Assembly (NCBI RefSeq): GCF_002087085.1
Contig: NZ_MWQY01000003.1
Span: 124,001 to 188,000, forward strand
Length of the DNA stretch: 64,000 nucleotides
Direction: 5' to 3'
Below, in pieces: positions 1 through 7,326 of the stretch. The translations under genes and the position numbers were made by a program. A model generated the notes under the pieces. It searched no databases. It saw nothing but the letters and a program-made list of their open reading frames with translations, and had not been told where the DNA came from. How positions within the stretch are numbered: the stretch's first letter is position 1; each line of letters opens with the position of its first letter.

Positions 1-94
1 CCATGTGGATTAAATCTTCCGGGAAATACGGATGCTTATTTTTTGCGTTGTATAATTCGTGTTCGATTAAGCGGTAGTATTGGTGGTGGCTCAT
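1..94 (-). CDS. Phage protein, 5' part only; possibly MazG-like
   Basis: Not in the ORF track. ATG at 94 overlaps the MTase TGA (ATGA) and reads MSHHQYYRLIEHELYNAKNKHPYFPEDLIHM open to the window edge. The EL..A..KHP.FP.D..H pattern resembles small phage MazG-like proteins (recollection). Confidence 0.45.
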   Translation of the reverse strand, partial: MSHHQYYRLIEHELYNAKNKHPYFPEDLIHM

Positions 95-723
95 TTGTAA
101 ATATTCTCCTGTATTTCCTTAACCTGGAACAATTCCGCCTGTGCTATGTGGCGCTTGTAGCGGTCCTCCTGTGCTTGCCAGTAGTCCTGGTCAAGTTCGC
201 ATCCCTCGAAATCGAAGCCGAGATCATGGCAGGCGATGCGGATTGAGCCGCTTCCTACGTGGGAATCGAATATTGTCTGTCCTGGTTTTGCGTAGTTTTT
301 CAAGATCCACTTATAGAGGGCTACGGGCTTTTGGGTGGGGTGGATGCGTTTTTCTTTTTGTGGCCGCATTCTAAAAAAACGTGCGCTTTGATTAAATGAT
401 GTCCATGCATATTCCCCATCGGCAAAGCTTATACCTTGAGGTTGTTTTTTGTCCCAAATTAAAAAACATCTTGTTGGTTGTAAATTGTAATAATTACCGC
501 CCCAAATTATTTGATTTTCACTTACCCTAAAAAGTTCATTGAAATATCTTTGGTCCGGTAAAAATAAATCCCATTTTTTACCAGCGCCACCATAATGCCC
601 AAGCCTCCCTGAGCTGTTTATGTCTATCCCATACGGCGGATCAACAATCGCCAATTCATAGGCGTTATTGGGTAAGTCCTTCATGAACTCCATGCAGTCG
701 CACAGGTGGACGATGTTTTTCAT
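91..723 (-). CDS. Orphan N6-adenine/N4-cytosine DNA methyltransferase (beta class)
   Basis: Catalytic DPPY near the N-terminus, HPTQKP, SAM-binding FDSHVGSG near the C-terminus. Confidence 0.92.
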   Translation of the reverse strand: MKNIVHLCDCMEFMKDLPNNAYELAIVDPPYGIDINSSGRLGHYGGAGKKWDLFLPDQRYFNELFRVSENQIIWGGNYYNLQPTRCFLIWDKKQPQGISFADGEYAWTSFNQSARFFRMRPQKEKRIHPTQKPVALYKWILKNYAKPGQTIFDSHVGSGSIRIACHDLGFDFEGCELDQDYWQAQEDRYKRHIAQAELFQVKEIQENIYK

Positions 724-1505
724 GCGTTCACCCGCCTTCTATTTTTCCGTTCACAAAAAAGCGACGGCTGTGAAAAGGTCAAAATCTGTTCATTACATGC
801 TTTGCAGAATTCTTTTTTTATCTCGAAACCGTACGCTCTCCGGTTCAGATTTTTAGCGGCCAATAAAGTTGTCCCGCTGCCAGCCACCGGGTCAATGACA
901 ACTTCGTCCTCGTCGGTAAATAATTCAATCAGCCTTTCAAGAAGCTGTACGCTCTTCTGCGTCGGGTGTACTTTTGGCGTCTCGTTGTCCCTCGGGTACT
1001 CCATGCAGTTGAAAACCATGTTTCCATGATTGTTAAATTTCGGGAGTTTATCCCGGTAGAAAATCAACGCATATTCTGAATTACCCACAACGCGCATATT
1101 GGCTTTTAAAACCTGGGGGCTGTATTTCTTGTAAAAAACCATGTTGATGTATTTTGGAAAGCCGTGTTTTTTGGCAAGCTCGATCAGCCCGAATTGCTGC
1201 TCAAAGGAACAGAAAATAATCATGGCTCCTGCTTTGCCTTTTTCTTTTGGTTCTGGCTTGAGAAGTTTTCCGCAGAAATGGAAATACTCCGCTATCTTGA
1301 AATTCTTGTCAGTATCGAAAAACTGCTTCCCCGCAAGTTTTGATTCACCGTTTGCGTTATCCCCTCCCTCATACCACATTGGATTTGACGCATAGGCATT
1401 ATTCCCGAGATTGTACGGGATATCCGCAATTATTAACTGAGCCTTTGGAATCCCGTATAATTTATAGTTAGAAAAATGGTCGTTAAATAATTGTATTCTT
1501 TCCAT
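720..1505 (-). CDS. Orphan N6/N4 DNA methyltransferase (beta class)
   Basis: DIPY motif IV, HPTQKS, DPVAGSGTT motif I; AGGGG RBS; ATGA overlap with the next MTase. Confidence 0.92.
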   Translation of the reverse strand: MERIQLFNDHFSNYKLYGIPKAQLIIADIPYNLGNNAYASNPMWYEGGDNANGESKLAGKQFFDTDKNFKIAEYFHFCGKLLKPEPKEKGKAGAMIIFCSFEQQFGLIELAKKHGFPKYINMVFYKKYSPQVLKANMRVVGNSEYALIFYRDKLPKFNNHGNMVFNCMEYPRDNETPKVHPTQKSVQLLERLIELFTDEDEVVIDPVAGSGTTLLAAKNLNRRAYGFEIKKEFCKACNEQILTFSQPSLFCERKNRRRVNA

Positions 1506-1553
1506 GTCCCCTCAATGCGCCCCGGAAAACCGGGGCTTTACCAACCTGGCCTA

Positions 1554-2180
1554 TTAAATGCGCTGACGGATATCTTTCCGGCAGATAACCTTAACGCCTT
1601 CTCCGAGAGCTTCTTGCGCTCGGTCTTTCATCGAACGTACCGCCGCGCCGATTGCTTTTGTGTCGGGGATGAGATATGCGGGGTTAATTTTTGCCTTATC
1701 GACAATCTCAAATTCCCATACGTCAACCGTGTAAGTGCCTTTTGCAAGTTCAGGCTCCGGCGGCTTAACGTACGTGATAGGCTTATCAAGGATTTCCTCT
1801 TCTCCTGTTTCGACTGCCTCGGCAAGTCTCCGCTCTTCTTCTTCGCGCCTTCGCCTTGCCTCTTCTTCTCTTCGCTGTCTTTCCTGCTCGGTAAGGTATG
1901 CGGATATCTGGCTTTTTACCGTTCTTTCAGCTTTTCCGAGTGGTACAGTAAAATGCTCAATTTTCTGGACAACAGCTTTCCGCTCTGCTTCGGCGGCCTT
2001 CTTCTTTTCCTGCGCCTCTTTGAGTTCGTCGGAGAAATGATCCTCTACGAATTTTGAGGTCTGCTTACAGGTGGTCAAAAACAGATTTGCTTTTTCGAGC
2101 GATTCCTGGTCAATGATTTTTATCGTCTGCTGTTCAGCGAGAACAGTTTCAAGCGTTTTTTGTAGATCTTTTTCTGCCAT
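1554..2180 (-). CDS. Phage coiled-coil protein of the recombination module (Gp157/Gam-like)
   Basis: Long charged helix plus C-terminal WEFEIVD..KI...YL.PD.KAI pattern; directly downstream of recT. Confidence 0.6.
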   Translation of the reverse strand: MAEKDLQKTLETVLAEQQTIKIIDQESLEKANLFLTTCKQTSKFVEDHFSDELKEAQEKKKAAEAERKAVVQKIEHFTVPLGKAERTVKSQISAYLTEQERQRREEEARRRREEEERRLAEAVETGEEEILDKPITYVKPPEPELAKGTYTVDVWEFEIVDKAKINPAYLIPDTKAIGAAVRSMKDRAQEALGEGVKVICRKDIRQRI

Positions 2181-2989
2181 TATCTTTCTTCTCCTTCAAG
2201 TTCGAAATCCCCGTCAATCGTGTCAATGTTCAGGTCTGGGTCTTCGGGGTTGATTGTGTGAGTGCGGTTGTCTGCGCTTGTAGCTTTCGCAATTTCAACT
2301 GATTTCGGGGCATACCGGAGCAGGTCGATCATGACAGTCTTACATGCCATCTGGTCAAAATTGGTTTGCCAGGGGCCGGAGGAAAAAGACTTGCTGTACT
2401 GTTTTGCGTGGGCTTCGACCTTTTCACGTGACCAGACACGGAAATCAAAACCGCCGTTTGTCAGGTGGTAGACCGCATAATAATGCGTAATCTTTCCGCT
2501 CGGCTTTTCGGCCGGCACGTGCACAAGGTCTGGATTAAGCCCGTAGGAATACCGGAATTCGTCTGCTTCATCGACCGGGTGAGCGGTGAGCTGCCGGTAC
2601 TGCCCTGAGCGGTGTGCAAGGTCAACGATGCCCTTGTACCCCATCTGGAACTGTGCCTGCATCCCGTTTTTGCTGTTGTACGGGATTATGTAGCACTGTC
2701 CGAGCGGGGTATTCGGTTCAAGGCCGAGCTGTGAAGCCTGTATAATTGACCCCATGAGGGAAACCGCTTCCGCCTGTCCCAGCTTCGGATTATTCCGAAT
2801 CGCGGTCAACGCCATACGTGCCATACGGTCGGGGGTTACGTGTTTAGGAAGTGCCCTTTCAATCTGGGGCTTGAGCTTTTCGATCATTGCGCCGATAGTG
2901 TCAGCGGGCTTATGTGCCTTCGCAGGTGCTTTGCCTTCGGTCGGGGCTGTTGCCGCAGCTCCGGCCTCTTTTGTTCCGTCTGTTCTCAA
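2180..2989 (-). CDS. recT: RecT family single-strand annealing protein
   Basis: ALPKH.TPDRM.R, LGLEPNTPLGQCYIIPY, QFQMGYKG, GPW...FD.MA.KT motifs. Confidence 0.95.
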   Translation of the reverse strand: MRTDGTKEAGAAATAPTEGKAPAKAHKPADTIGAMIEKLKPQIERALPKHVTPDRMARMALTAIRNNPKLGQAEAVSLMGSIIQASQLGLEPNTPLGQCYIIPYNSKNGMQAQFQMGYKGIVDLAHRSGQYRQLTAHPVDEADEFRYSYGLNPDLVHVPAEKPSGKITHYYAVYHLTNGGFDFRVWSREKVEAHAKQYSKSFSSGPWQTNFDQMACKTVMIDLLRYAPKSVEIAKATSADNRTHTINPEDPDLNIDTIDGDFELEGEER

Positions 2990-2998
2990 AACCTTCTC

Positions 2999-3991
2999 CT
3001 ATTCCTTTACCTTCACGGACAGCCGTCCGCTTTCTGACGTGGTGACATACGGGTCAATCATGCCCGGATGATCCTTTTCAAACTGTTCCTTATTGAAAGA
3101 TGAGCGGTTAAACCGCGACCATGTGATTTTATATTTCCCGGTTTCGCCGTATTTTGATCTCTTGAGTTCCATGATGATTTTCTGATTGATGCGCTTCCGC
3201 TCTTCGGTAAGGTCGTCTATCTGGATTTTAAGTTGTAAATAGCGGTCAATTTCTCCCTGCATATCGGACAGGTCAATTGTTTCATCACCCTGTGGATCGC
3301 CGTACTGCATGAGGGCGTCTGTCTCAGCGTCAAGACCCATCGGCAGTGGAAAATAGAGCGGGTCGTTCTTCTGTATCGCTTCCCAGATTTCCCGCTCACG
3401 CTCTGCGAGATCTGCGATGTACCCTTCGTTCCGCGGTACTATACGGAGGAGGCGAGTATTCCCGATAAGACCGAAAACCCACCATTCATTTAAACCGGTT
3501 CCAGCCATGTAATGCTGTACCTGATCATAGTAGGTATCCGGGAGACTATCGCCGTCTTTCCCGCCCCATTCTTTCAGGCGGTAGGAGGATCCCGTCTTGA
3601 TCTCAAGGCCGACGGTGTCGCCCGGTATGTTCAAGAATCCGTCAGGGTTGATAATCATCCATAAGTACTTGATGCTCCGGTAGGTATGCGTCGGGTCAAT
3701 GACGTCAACATTAACCAGGAGTTTTTCCCGGATGTAAGGCCCTACAATTTCACGGCGTATAATCGGTTCAAGGATATTTCCGACCGCGACCGGCTCTTCT
3801 TCGCTTATGTCTTCCGGGACGTATCGCCCCGTCTTCTCAAGGCAGACAGTAAGCGGGGAGCCGTATTTGCTATGCCCCATGATTGCCCCGGCGTCACTTC
3901 CGCCGATTCCAGTCTTACGGAGTGATAGCCATTCTTCCTCGGTTATATCGCTGTATGCTGCGATTGGTTCGCAGTCTGTGAGGTGTATCAT
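2999..3991 (-). CDS. YqaJ-like viral recombinase/exonuclease
   Basis: EWL..RK.GIGGSDA, NPDG, LEIKT, YYDQVQHYM motifs; adjacent to recT. Confidence 0.93.
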   Translation of the reverse strand: MIHLTDCEPIAAYSDITEEEWLSLRKTGIGGSDAGAIMGHSKYGSPLTVCLEKTGRYVPEDISEEEPVAVGNILEPIIRREIVGPYIREKLLVNVDVIDPTHTYRSIKYLWMIINPDGFLNIPGDTVGLEIKTGSSYRLKEWGGKDGDSLPDTYYDQVQHYMAGTGLNEWWVFGLIGNTRLLRIVPRNEGYIADLAEREREIWEAIQKNDPLYFPLPMGLDAETDALMQYGDPQGDETIDLSDMQGEIDRYLQLKIQIDDLTEERKRINQKIIMELKRSKYGETGKYKITWSRFNRSSFNKEQFEKDHPGMIDPYVTTSESGRLSVKVKE

Positions 3992-4209
3992 CTGACCTTC
4001 ACCGCCTTAACCGCTCCTTGGTCTATTATGACCGGGCGTTTTGCCGCCATGATGCTTTTGTACTGGTAACGTGTCGGCGCTCTGTTTCCAAACATCCTGT
4101 CGAGGTTAGCCCGAATGAAGAACGGGTCTCTCCATTTGTTCTGCTTCGGGGTCGCCTTCGTTTTATCCCGTGGCGATCCTGAACTTGTTTTGCTTACGTA
4201 CTTGCTCAT
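3988..4209 (-). CDS. Small basic phage hypothetical protein (73 aa)
   Basis: Start moved to ATG 4209 (MSKYVSK), preceded by AAGGGGG RBS; ATGA coupling at both ends. Confidence 0.6.
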   Translation of the reverse strand: MSKYVSKTSSGSPRDKTKATPKQNKWRDPFFIRANLDRMFGNRAPTRYQYKSIMAAKRPVIIDQGAVKAVKVR

Positions 4210-4373
4210 TTTTCCCCCTTTATAAAAACACCGGTCCTGCAATGCGGGCAGATTGCCATTCTGCCGCCGCCGTATTGGTCGTAAAACTGATGGAACTTTG
4301 CGCCAGATGCTTCCAGCCGGTCTTGCCGGTGGCGTCGAAAAATCAGGCAAATAATTTTTTTGATAATTTTCAC
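4206..4373 (-). CDS. Small phage protein with CPHC motif (55 aa), not in the ORF track
   Basis: AAGGGGGA RBS then GTG; reads MKIIKKIICLIFRRHRQDRLEASGAKFHQFYDQYGGGRMAICPHCRTGVFIKGGK; its stop overlaps the ATG at 4209. Confidence 0.6.
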   Translation of the reverse strand: MKIIKKIICLIFRRHRQDRLEASGAKFHQFYDQYGGGRMAICPHCRTGVFIKGEK

Positions 4374-4555
4374 CGTTCCCCCTTAAAGTGCCCCGGCAAC
4401 CTCTTTAAAGCCGGGGCGTACGAATTAGCTTTTCTACAATATGGCTACTTCTTCACCTGCGCCCCTCTTTGTCGTAATCCTAAGACAACGAAAAAAAAGT
4501 TATTCACCCCGATCAACTCACGGGTGTTGACCATCGCGTACAGCTAAATGGTCTA

Positions 4556-4622
4556 TACCGGCTCCGGGAATTGAACCCGGAAAGGGCCGCCCTGCGTTTG
4601 CAGTCTCATAGGTCCCGCCGGC
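4556..4622 (-). ncRNA. tRNA-like element lacking a D stem (67 nt)
   Basis: Acceptor stem GCCGGCG/AGCCGGT (6 of 7 pairs), canonical T arm CCGGG-TTCAATT-CCCGG, discriminator A, no encoded CCA. The Cys-type loop CTGCAAA is present but its flanking stem does not pair. Confidence 0.55.
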
Positions 4623-4623
4623 G

Positions 4624-4737
4624 ATGGGGACAGGTAGCCTTCGCATCTACCTTCTGGGGTGCGTTCACACAAAGGGAGGTAAGTTCCCGCTTCCCCGCTC
4701 CTGTGGCGAAGTTAAACCAACTCGCTGGAATCCCCAC
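4624..4737 (-). ncRNA. Putative multibranched structured RNA directly 5' of the tRNA-like element
   Basis: Closing stem GTGGGGA/TCCCCAT encloses GCGAGTT/AACTTCGC, a GGGG/CCCC junction with two small hairpins, and AGGTAG/CTACCT. Confidence 0.4.
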
Positions 4738-4757
4738 ACGTTTTTTACATCGCTGTT

Positions 4758-5090
4758 TCATGTTTCGATAAACCTTACCTGATCGCCGTAAAGCTCTAAA
4801 AATCTATGCCGCTTGAGGGTGTATTCTTTTGTCCGCATACCCTTCACGTCTTCGACGGTTCTCACGCCGTTTTGCCAGTACTCAAAATCTGCAACGTAAA
4901 ACCGGGCCCGTAGCGTTTTCCCGTTCCATTTGACGGTCTTGGAAATCTCGTATCTCGGCTGCAACTTAAGCCCCTGGATTTCCCCTGCTCTTTCCAGCAT
5001 CTTGAGTTCCGCATACCGGGCGGCCTCTTTTTTGCTGTCGAAGGTGATCCCGTCGATTGTTGTTTTCCGGTTGCGGTATTTGTTCTTCAA
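4758..5090 (-). CDS. DUF1064 family phage endonuclease-like protein
   Basis: NKY.N.K..IDGITFDSKKEA.RY.EL, LQPRY, YVADF.Y, VEDVKG; TTG start at 5090 after AGGAG. Confidence 0.88.
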   Translation of the reverse strand: MKNKYRNRKTTIDGITFDSKKEAARYAELKMLERAGEIQGLKLQPRYEISKTVKWNGKTLRARFYVADFEYWQNGVRTVEDVKGMRTKEYTLKRHRFLELYGDQVRFIET

Positions 5091-5121
5091 TTTCTCTCCT
5101 TGCCTACCGAGCCCTGCCATA

Positions 5122-5364
5122 TCATCCCTCATCAGGTGCAGTCAGCGGGTCGTCCTCATCCCGGAAAGCCGGGTCACAGACATATTGATTGGAATCGCTT
5201 ATGGAAAGCACTGCCTCATCTAAGAGCGTTCCATACGGTATTCCATGCAGTTTTGCTATCCTCCGTATCAGGTGAGCCTTTACCCATTCGCCGCCTACGG
5301 TTAGACGGAAGGTTTCTTTCAATGCGCCGGAAAGGTCGGGCTCTGCTTTTGCTTTCTTTGACAC
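5122..5364 (-). CDS. Small phage protein, CopG/RHH-like
   Basis: GTG start after AGGAGG; IRRIAKLHGIPYGTLLDEAV resembles CopG-type ribbon-helix-helix helices. Confidence 0.5.
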   Translation of the reverse strand: MSKKAKAEPDLSGALKETFRLTVGGEWVKAHLIRRIAKLHGIPYGTLLDEAVLSISDSNQYVCDPAFRDEDDPLTAPDEG

Positions 5365-5392
5365 TTTTAGCCTCCTTGTGCCGTACAGCTCG

Positions 5393-5761
5393 CTACTTGA
5401 TAGATCGCTCACGGATTGCCGCCTCAGTTTCTTTCAGGTCGTAAAGGATGCGGGAAAACGGATTGTCTGATGCCCGGTAGCCTTTGATGATCCCGGCTTT
5501 GCGCCAGCGGTTTACTGTTTTGACATTGACGCTAAAGTGCCGGGCTATCTCGGTGCCGGTTCTCCAGGTTGTTGTTTTCTGGTCGCGGATGATGTCTTGC
5601 ATTAACCCGACAAGGCTACGAAGCTCCGAGACTTCCCGGGCGCCAGATTCAATCCGGCTGACGGTGTGCCCGATTGCCTCGGTGATCTCTTCCATCTTCT
5701 CAACGGCCTTCTGGTTGATTTCCGTCAACGCCTCAAGCTGGCCCATCATGCGGTCAGACAT
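5393..5761 (-). CDS. Excisionase/MerR-like HTH DNA-binding protein with N-terminal coiled coil
   Basis: WRTGTEIARHFSVNVKTVNRWRKAGII...RILYD winged-HTH pattern; ATG 5761 after AAGGAG. Confidence 0.7.
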   Translation of the reverse strand: MSDRMMGQLEALTEINQKAVEKMEEITEAIGHTVSRIESGAREVSELRSLVGLMQDIIRDQKTTTWRTGTEIARHFSVNVKTVNRWRKAGIIKGYRASDNPFSRILYDLKETEAAIRERSIK

Positions 5762-5871
5762 GCCAGCTCCTTTGCCGCTTTGCGCTGCCAATAGATGGCG
5801 CTTCTCATGTTGCCGGACTGGAAAAAGAACAATGACAATCTTATGGCCCTGCTGTAACGTTGCATGTTCAT
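5746..5871 (-). CDS. Small phage hypothetical protein (41 aa), not in the ORF track
   Basis: GAGGAGG RBS, ATGA overlap with the upstream ORF; MNMQRYSRAIRLSLFFFQSGNMRSAIYWQRKAAKELACLTA fills the gap. Confidence 0.5.
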   Translation of the reverse strand: MNMQRYSRAIRLSLFFFQSGNMRSAIYWQRKAAKELACLTA

Positions 5872-6053
5872 CTCAACACCTCCTCGAATACCGGCTGTCC
5901 GTTGATGGCCAGGAACCGCTCGAAGGTTCCCGCCGGTGAAAAGCCGGTAATTTGCCGGACCTGATCATCGGTTCGGTATTGACGCATTAAAGTTGTCCAT
6001 TGAAAGATTCCGGCCAGCTCGTGAATCGGCCGGGGGTTCGGTAGGATTGTCAT
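5868..6053 (-). CDS. Small phage hypothetical protein (61 aa)
   Basis: ATG 6053 overlaps the antirepressor stop; GAGG RBS. Confidence 0.55.
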   Translation of the reverse strand: MTILPNPRPIHELAGIFQWTTLMRQYRTDDQVRQITGFSPAGTFERFLAINGQPVFEEVLR

Positions 6054-6664
6054 GCTATATACCTCTCTTTCCAAAGGCGACGGATAAAATCGAGACCCTT
6101 CTGATAAACGACTGTTTTTATATTGATTGACGTTGAACCGTCGTTCTTTGTGTACTTCTGTTCAATGGTGCGGAAGTAGCCACGATCAATGAAGCTTTGA
6201 TAAGGCTGGTTGTTCTGCTGTAATACGTTGTTGTCTCTGAGGAAGTTGAACAGTGTATTCCTGCCGACACCGAGGTGCAAAACCTTTGCGGCTGTCGCCA
6301 TGTCCACTGCATCGGTTGAATCGGTTACTTGATCAAAAAACTCTATTTTTGGTTTTGCTCTGTCAAGTTGGGCCTGCAGTTCTTCTATCTCTTCATTAAG
6401 TAGGTTTATGGCCTGACGGACAATAAGACGCTTTTCAAGGGCGGTCTTTGGTAAGACCTCCAGAGTACTCTTGAGGTTATGATGCCCCTCTATTCTTTTC
6501 TTGACCGCAGTTACTTGCGTTTCGTTCAGGTATGTGGTCTTTCCAACATTAAAAATATCAGGAAACATATACTTGGCATTTGCTCGTACTGTTTCCGGTG
6601 CAACGCCAAGCACCATCGCTACTTCCTTGACCGTCATGCTCCCTCTGGATGCTACATCCTTCAT
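6050..6664 (-). CDS. Phage antirepressor, KilAC (ANT) domain with N-terminal HTH-like segment
   Basis: KPK.EFFD.V, AKVL..G.GRN.LF.FLR, PYQ..IDRGYF, T.V..KG..FI; GGAGG RBS. Confidence 0.9.
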   Translation of the reverse strand: MKDVASRGSMTVKEVAMVLGVAPETVRANAKYMFPDIFNVGKTTYLNETQVTAVKKRIEGHHNLKSTLEVLPKTALEKRLIVRQAINLLNEEIEELQAQLDRAKPKIEFFDQVTDSTDAVDMATAAKVLHLGVGRNTLFNFLRDNNVLQQNNQPYQSFIDRGYFRTIEQKYTKNDGSTSINIKTVVYQKGLDFIRRLWKERYIA

Positions 6665-6702
6665 TCCAATACCTCCAATTTCTTAATATTAATCTAAGTA
6701 TT

Positions 6703-6876
6703 TTATGATTTGATTGCTTCCCACTCTTCTACACGTTTCATTGCTTCCACTCGCAGGAATGGTCCAGCCTTTCTCCCGGTTGCCCTTATGAATGCGTTAA
6801 ATCGTTCTTTTTCTTCAGTGGTGAAGGGAACAGACGCCTTGTATCTTCCGTCTGGTTTCCGTTTGGATTCTTTCAT
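6703..6876 (-). CDS. Cro-position small regulator, possibly RHH fold (57 aa), likely leaderless
   Basis: Divergent from the XRE repressor; ATG lies 6 nt after a -10 box; short strand YKASVPF followed by two helices. Confidence 0.6.
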   Translation of the reverse strand: MKESKRKPDGRYKASVPFTTEEKERFNAFIRATGRKAGPFLRVEAMKRVEEWEAIKS

Positions 6877-6882
6877 ATCATC

Positions 6883-6911
6883 AGAATATATCCTCTTGGA
6901 TACCTTGTCAA
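6883..6911 (-). promoter_or_regulatory. Early leftward sigma70 promoter with a palindromic operator in the spacer
   Basis: TTGACA-17 nt-TATTCT; the spacer contains TATCC-TCTT-GGATA (6889-6902). Confidence 0.8.
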
Positions 6912-6955
6912 GAAAAAAAGTATCCATTTGGGGTATATTTTCCGATATAAAGGCT

Positions 6956-7294
6956 ATGGACTTTCTTGATCGCGTAAAAATAGAAGTACGCAAACAAAAA
7001 ATTACTCAAGAGTGGTTGGCAGAGAAGGCAGGTATAAGCTATTCAACCTTCAAGGGATGGAAGTCAAAAGGTAGAGTCCCCAACGTGTATCAAGCTGTTG
7101 ATATCGCCAAGATTCTTGGTACCTCTGTTGAATATTTAGTGACTGGATCTTCTGGTGGTAAGTCTGATCAGAGAATAAAGATCGAACGATTTATTGATCT
7201 TCTCTCTGATAGTGAGATAGAGCGGGCTCAAATAATTCTTGAGGCTTCGTTCCCGAACAAAAAAGTAGGGTGGTCGGAAGGGTCGGCAATGTGA
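6956..7294 (+). CDS. XRE-family HTH repressor (cI-like, 112 aa, no peptidase domain)
   Basis: ITQEWLAEKAGISYSTFKGW...P......IAKILGTSVEYLVTG; true start at ATG 6956. Confidence 0.9.
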   Translation: MDFLDRVKIEVRKQKITQEWLAEKAGISYSTFKGWKSKGRVPNVYQAVDIAKILGTSVEYLVTGSSGGKSDQRIKIERFIDLLSDSEIERAQIILEASFPNKKVGWSEGSAM

Positions 7295-7326
7295 TTAAGG
7301 TATTGTTTTAATAAATGGAGGTATGT

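Noticed and set aside
4556..4622. Functional tRNA-Cys
   Set aside because: Too short (67 nt), no D stem, and the stem around CTGCAAA does not pair; kept only as tRNA-like.
6941..6948. sigma28 promoter (CCGATA) before the repressor, and similarly upstream of cfpA
   Set aside because: No TAAA -35 element at the expected spacing.
6710..6993. Long overlapping N-terminal extensions of the repressor and Cro-position ORFs
   Set aside because: They run across the promoter/operator region; starts at 6956 and 6876 fit the domain boundaries and promoter spacing.
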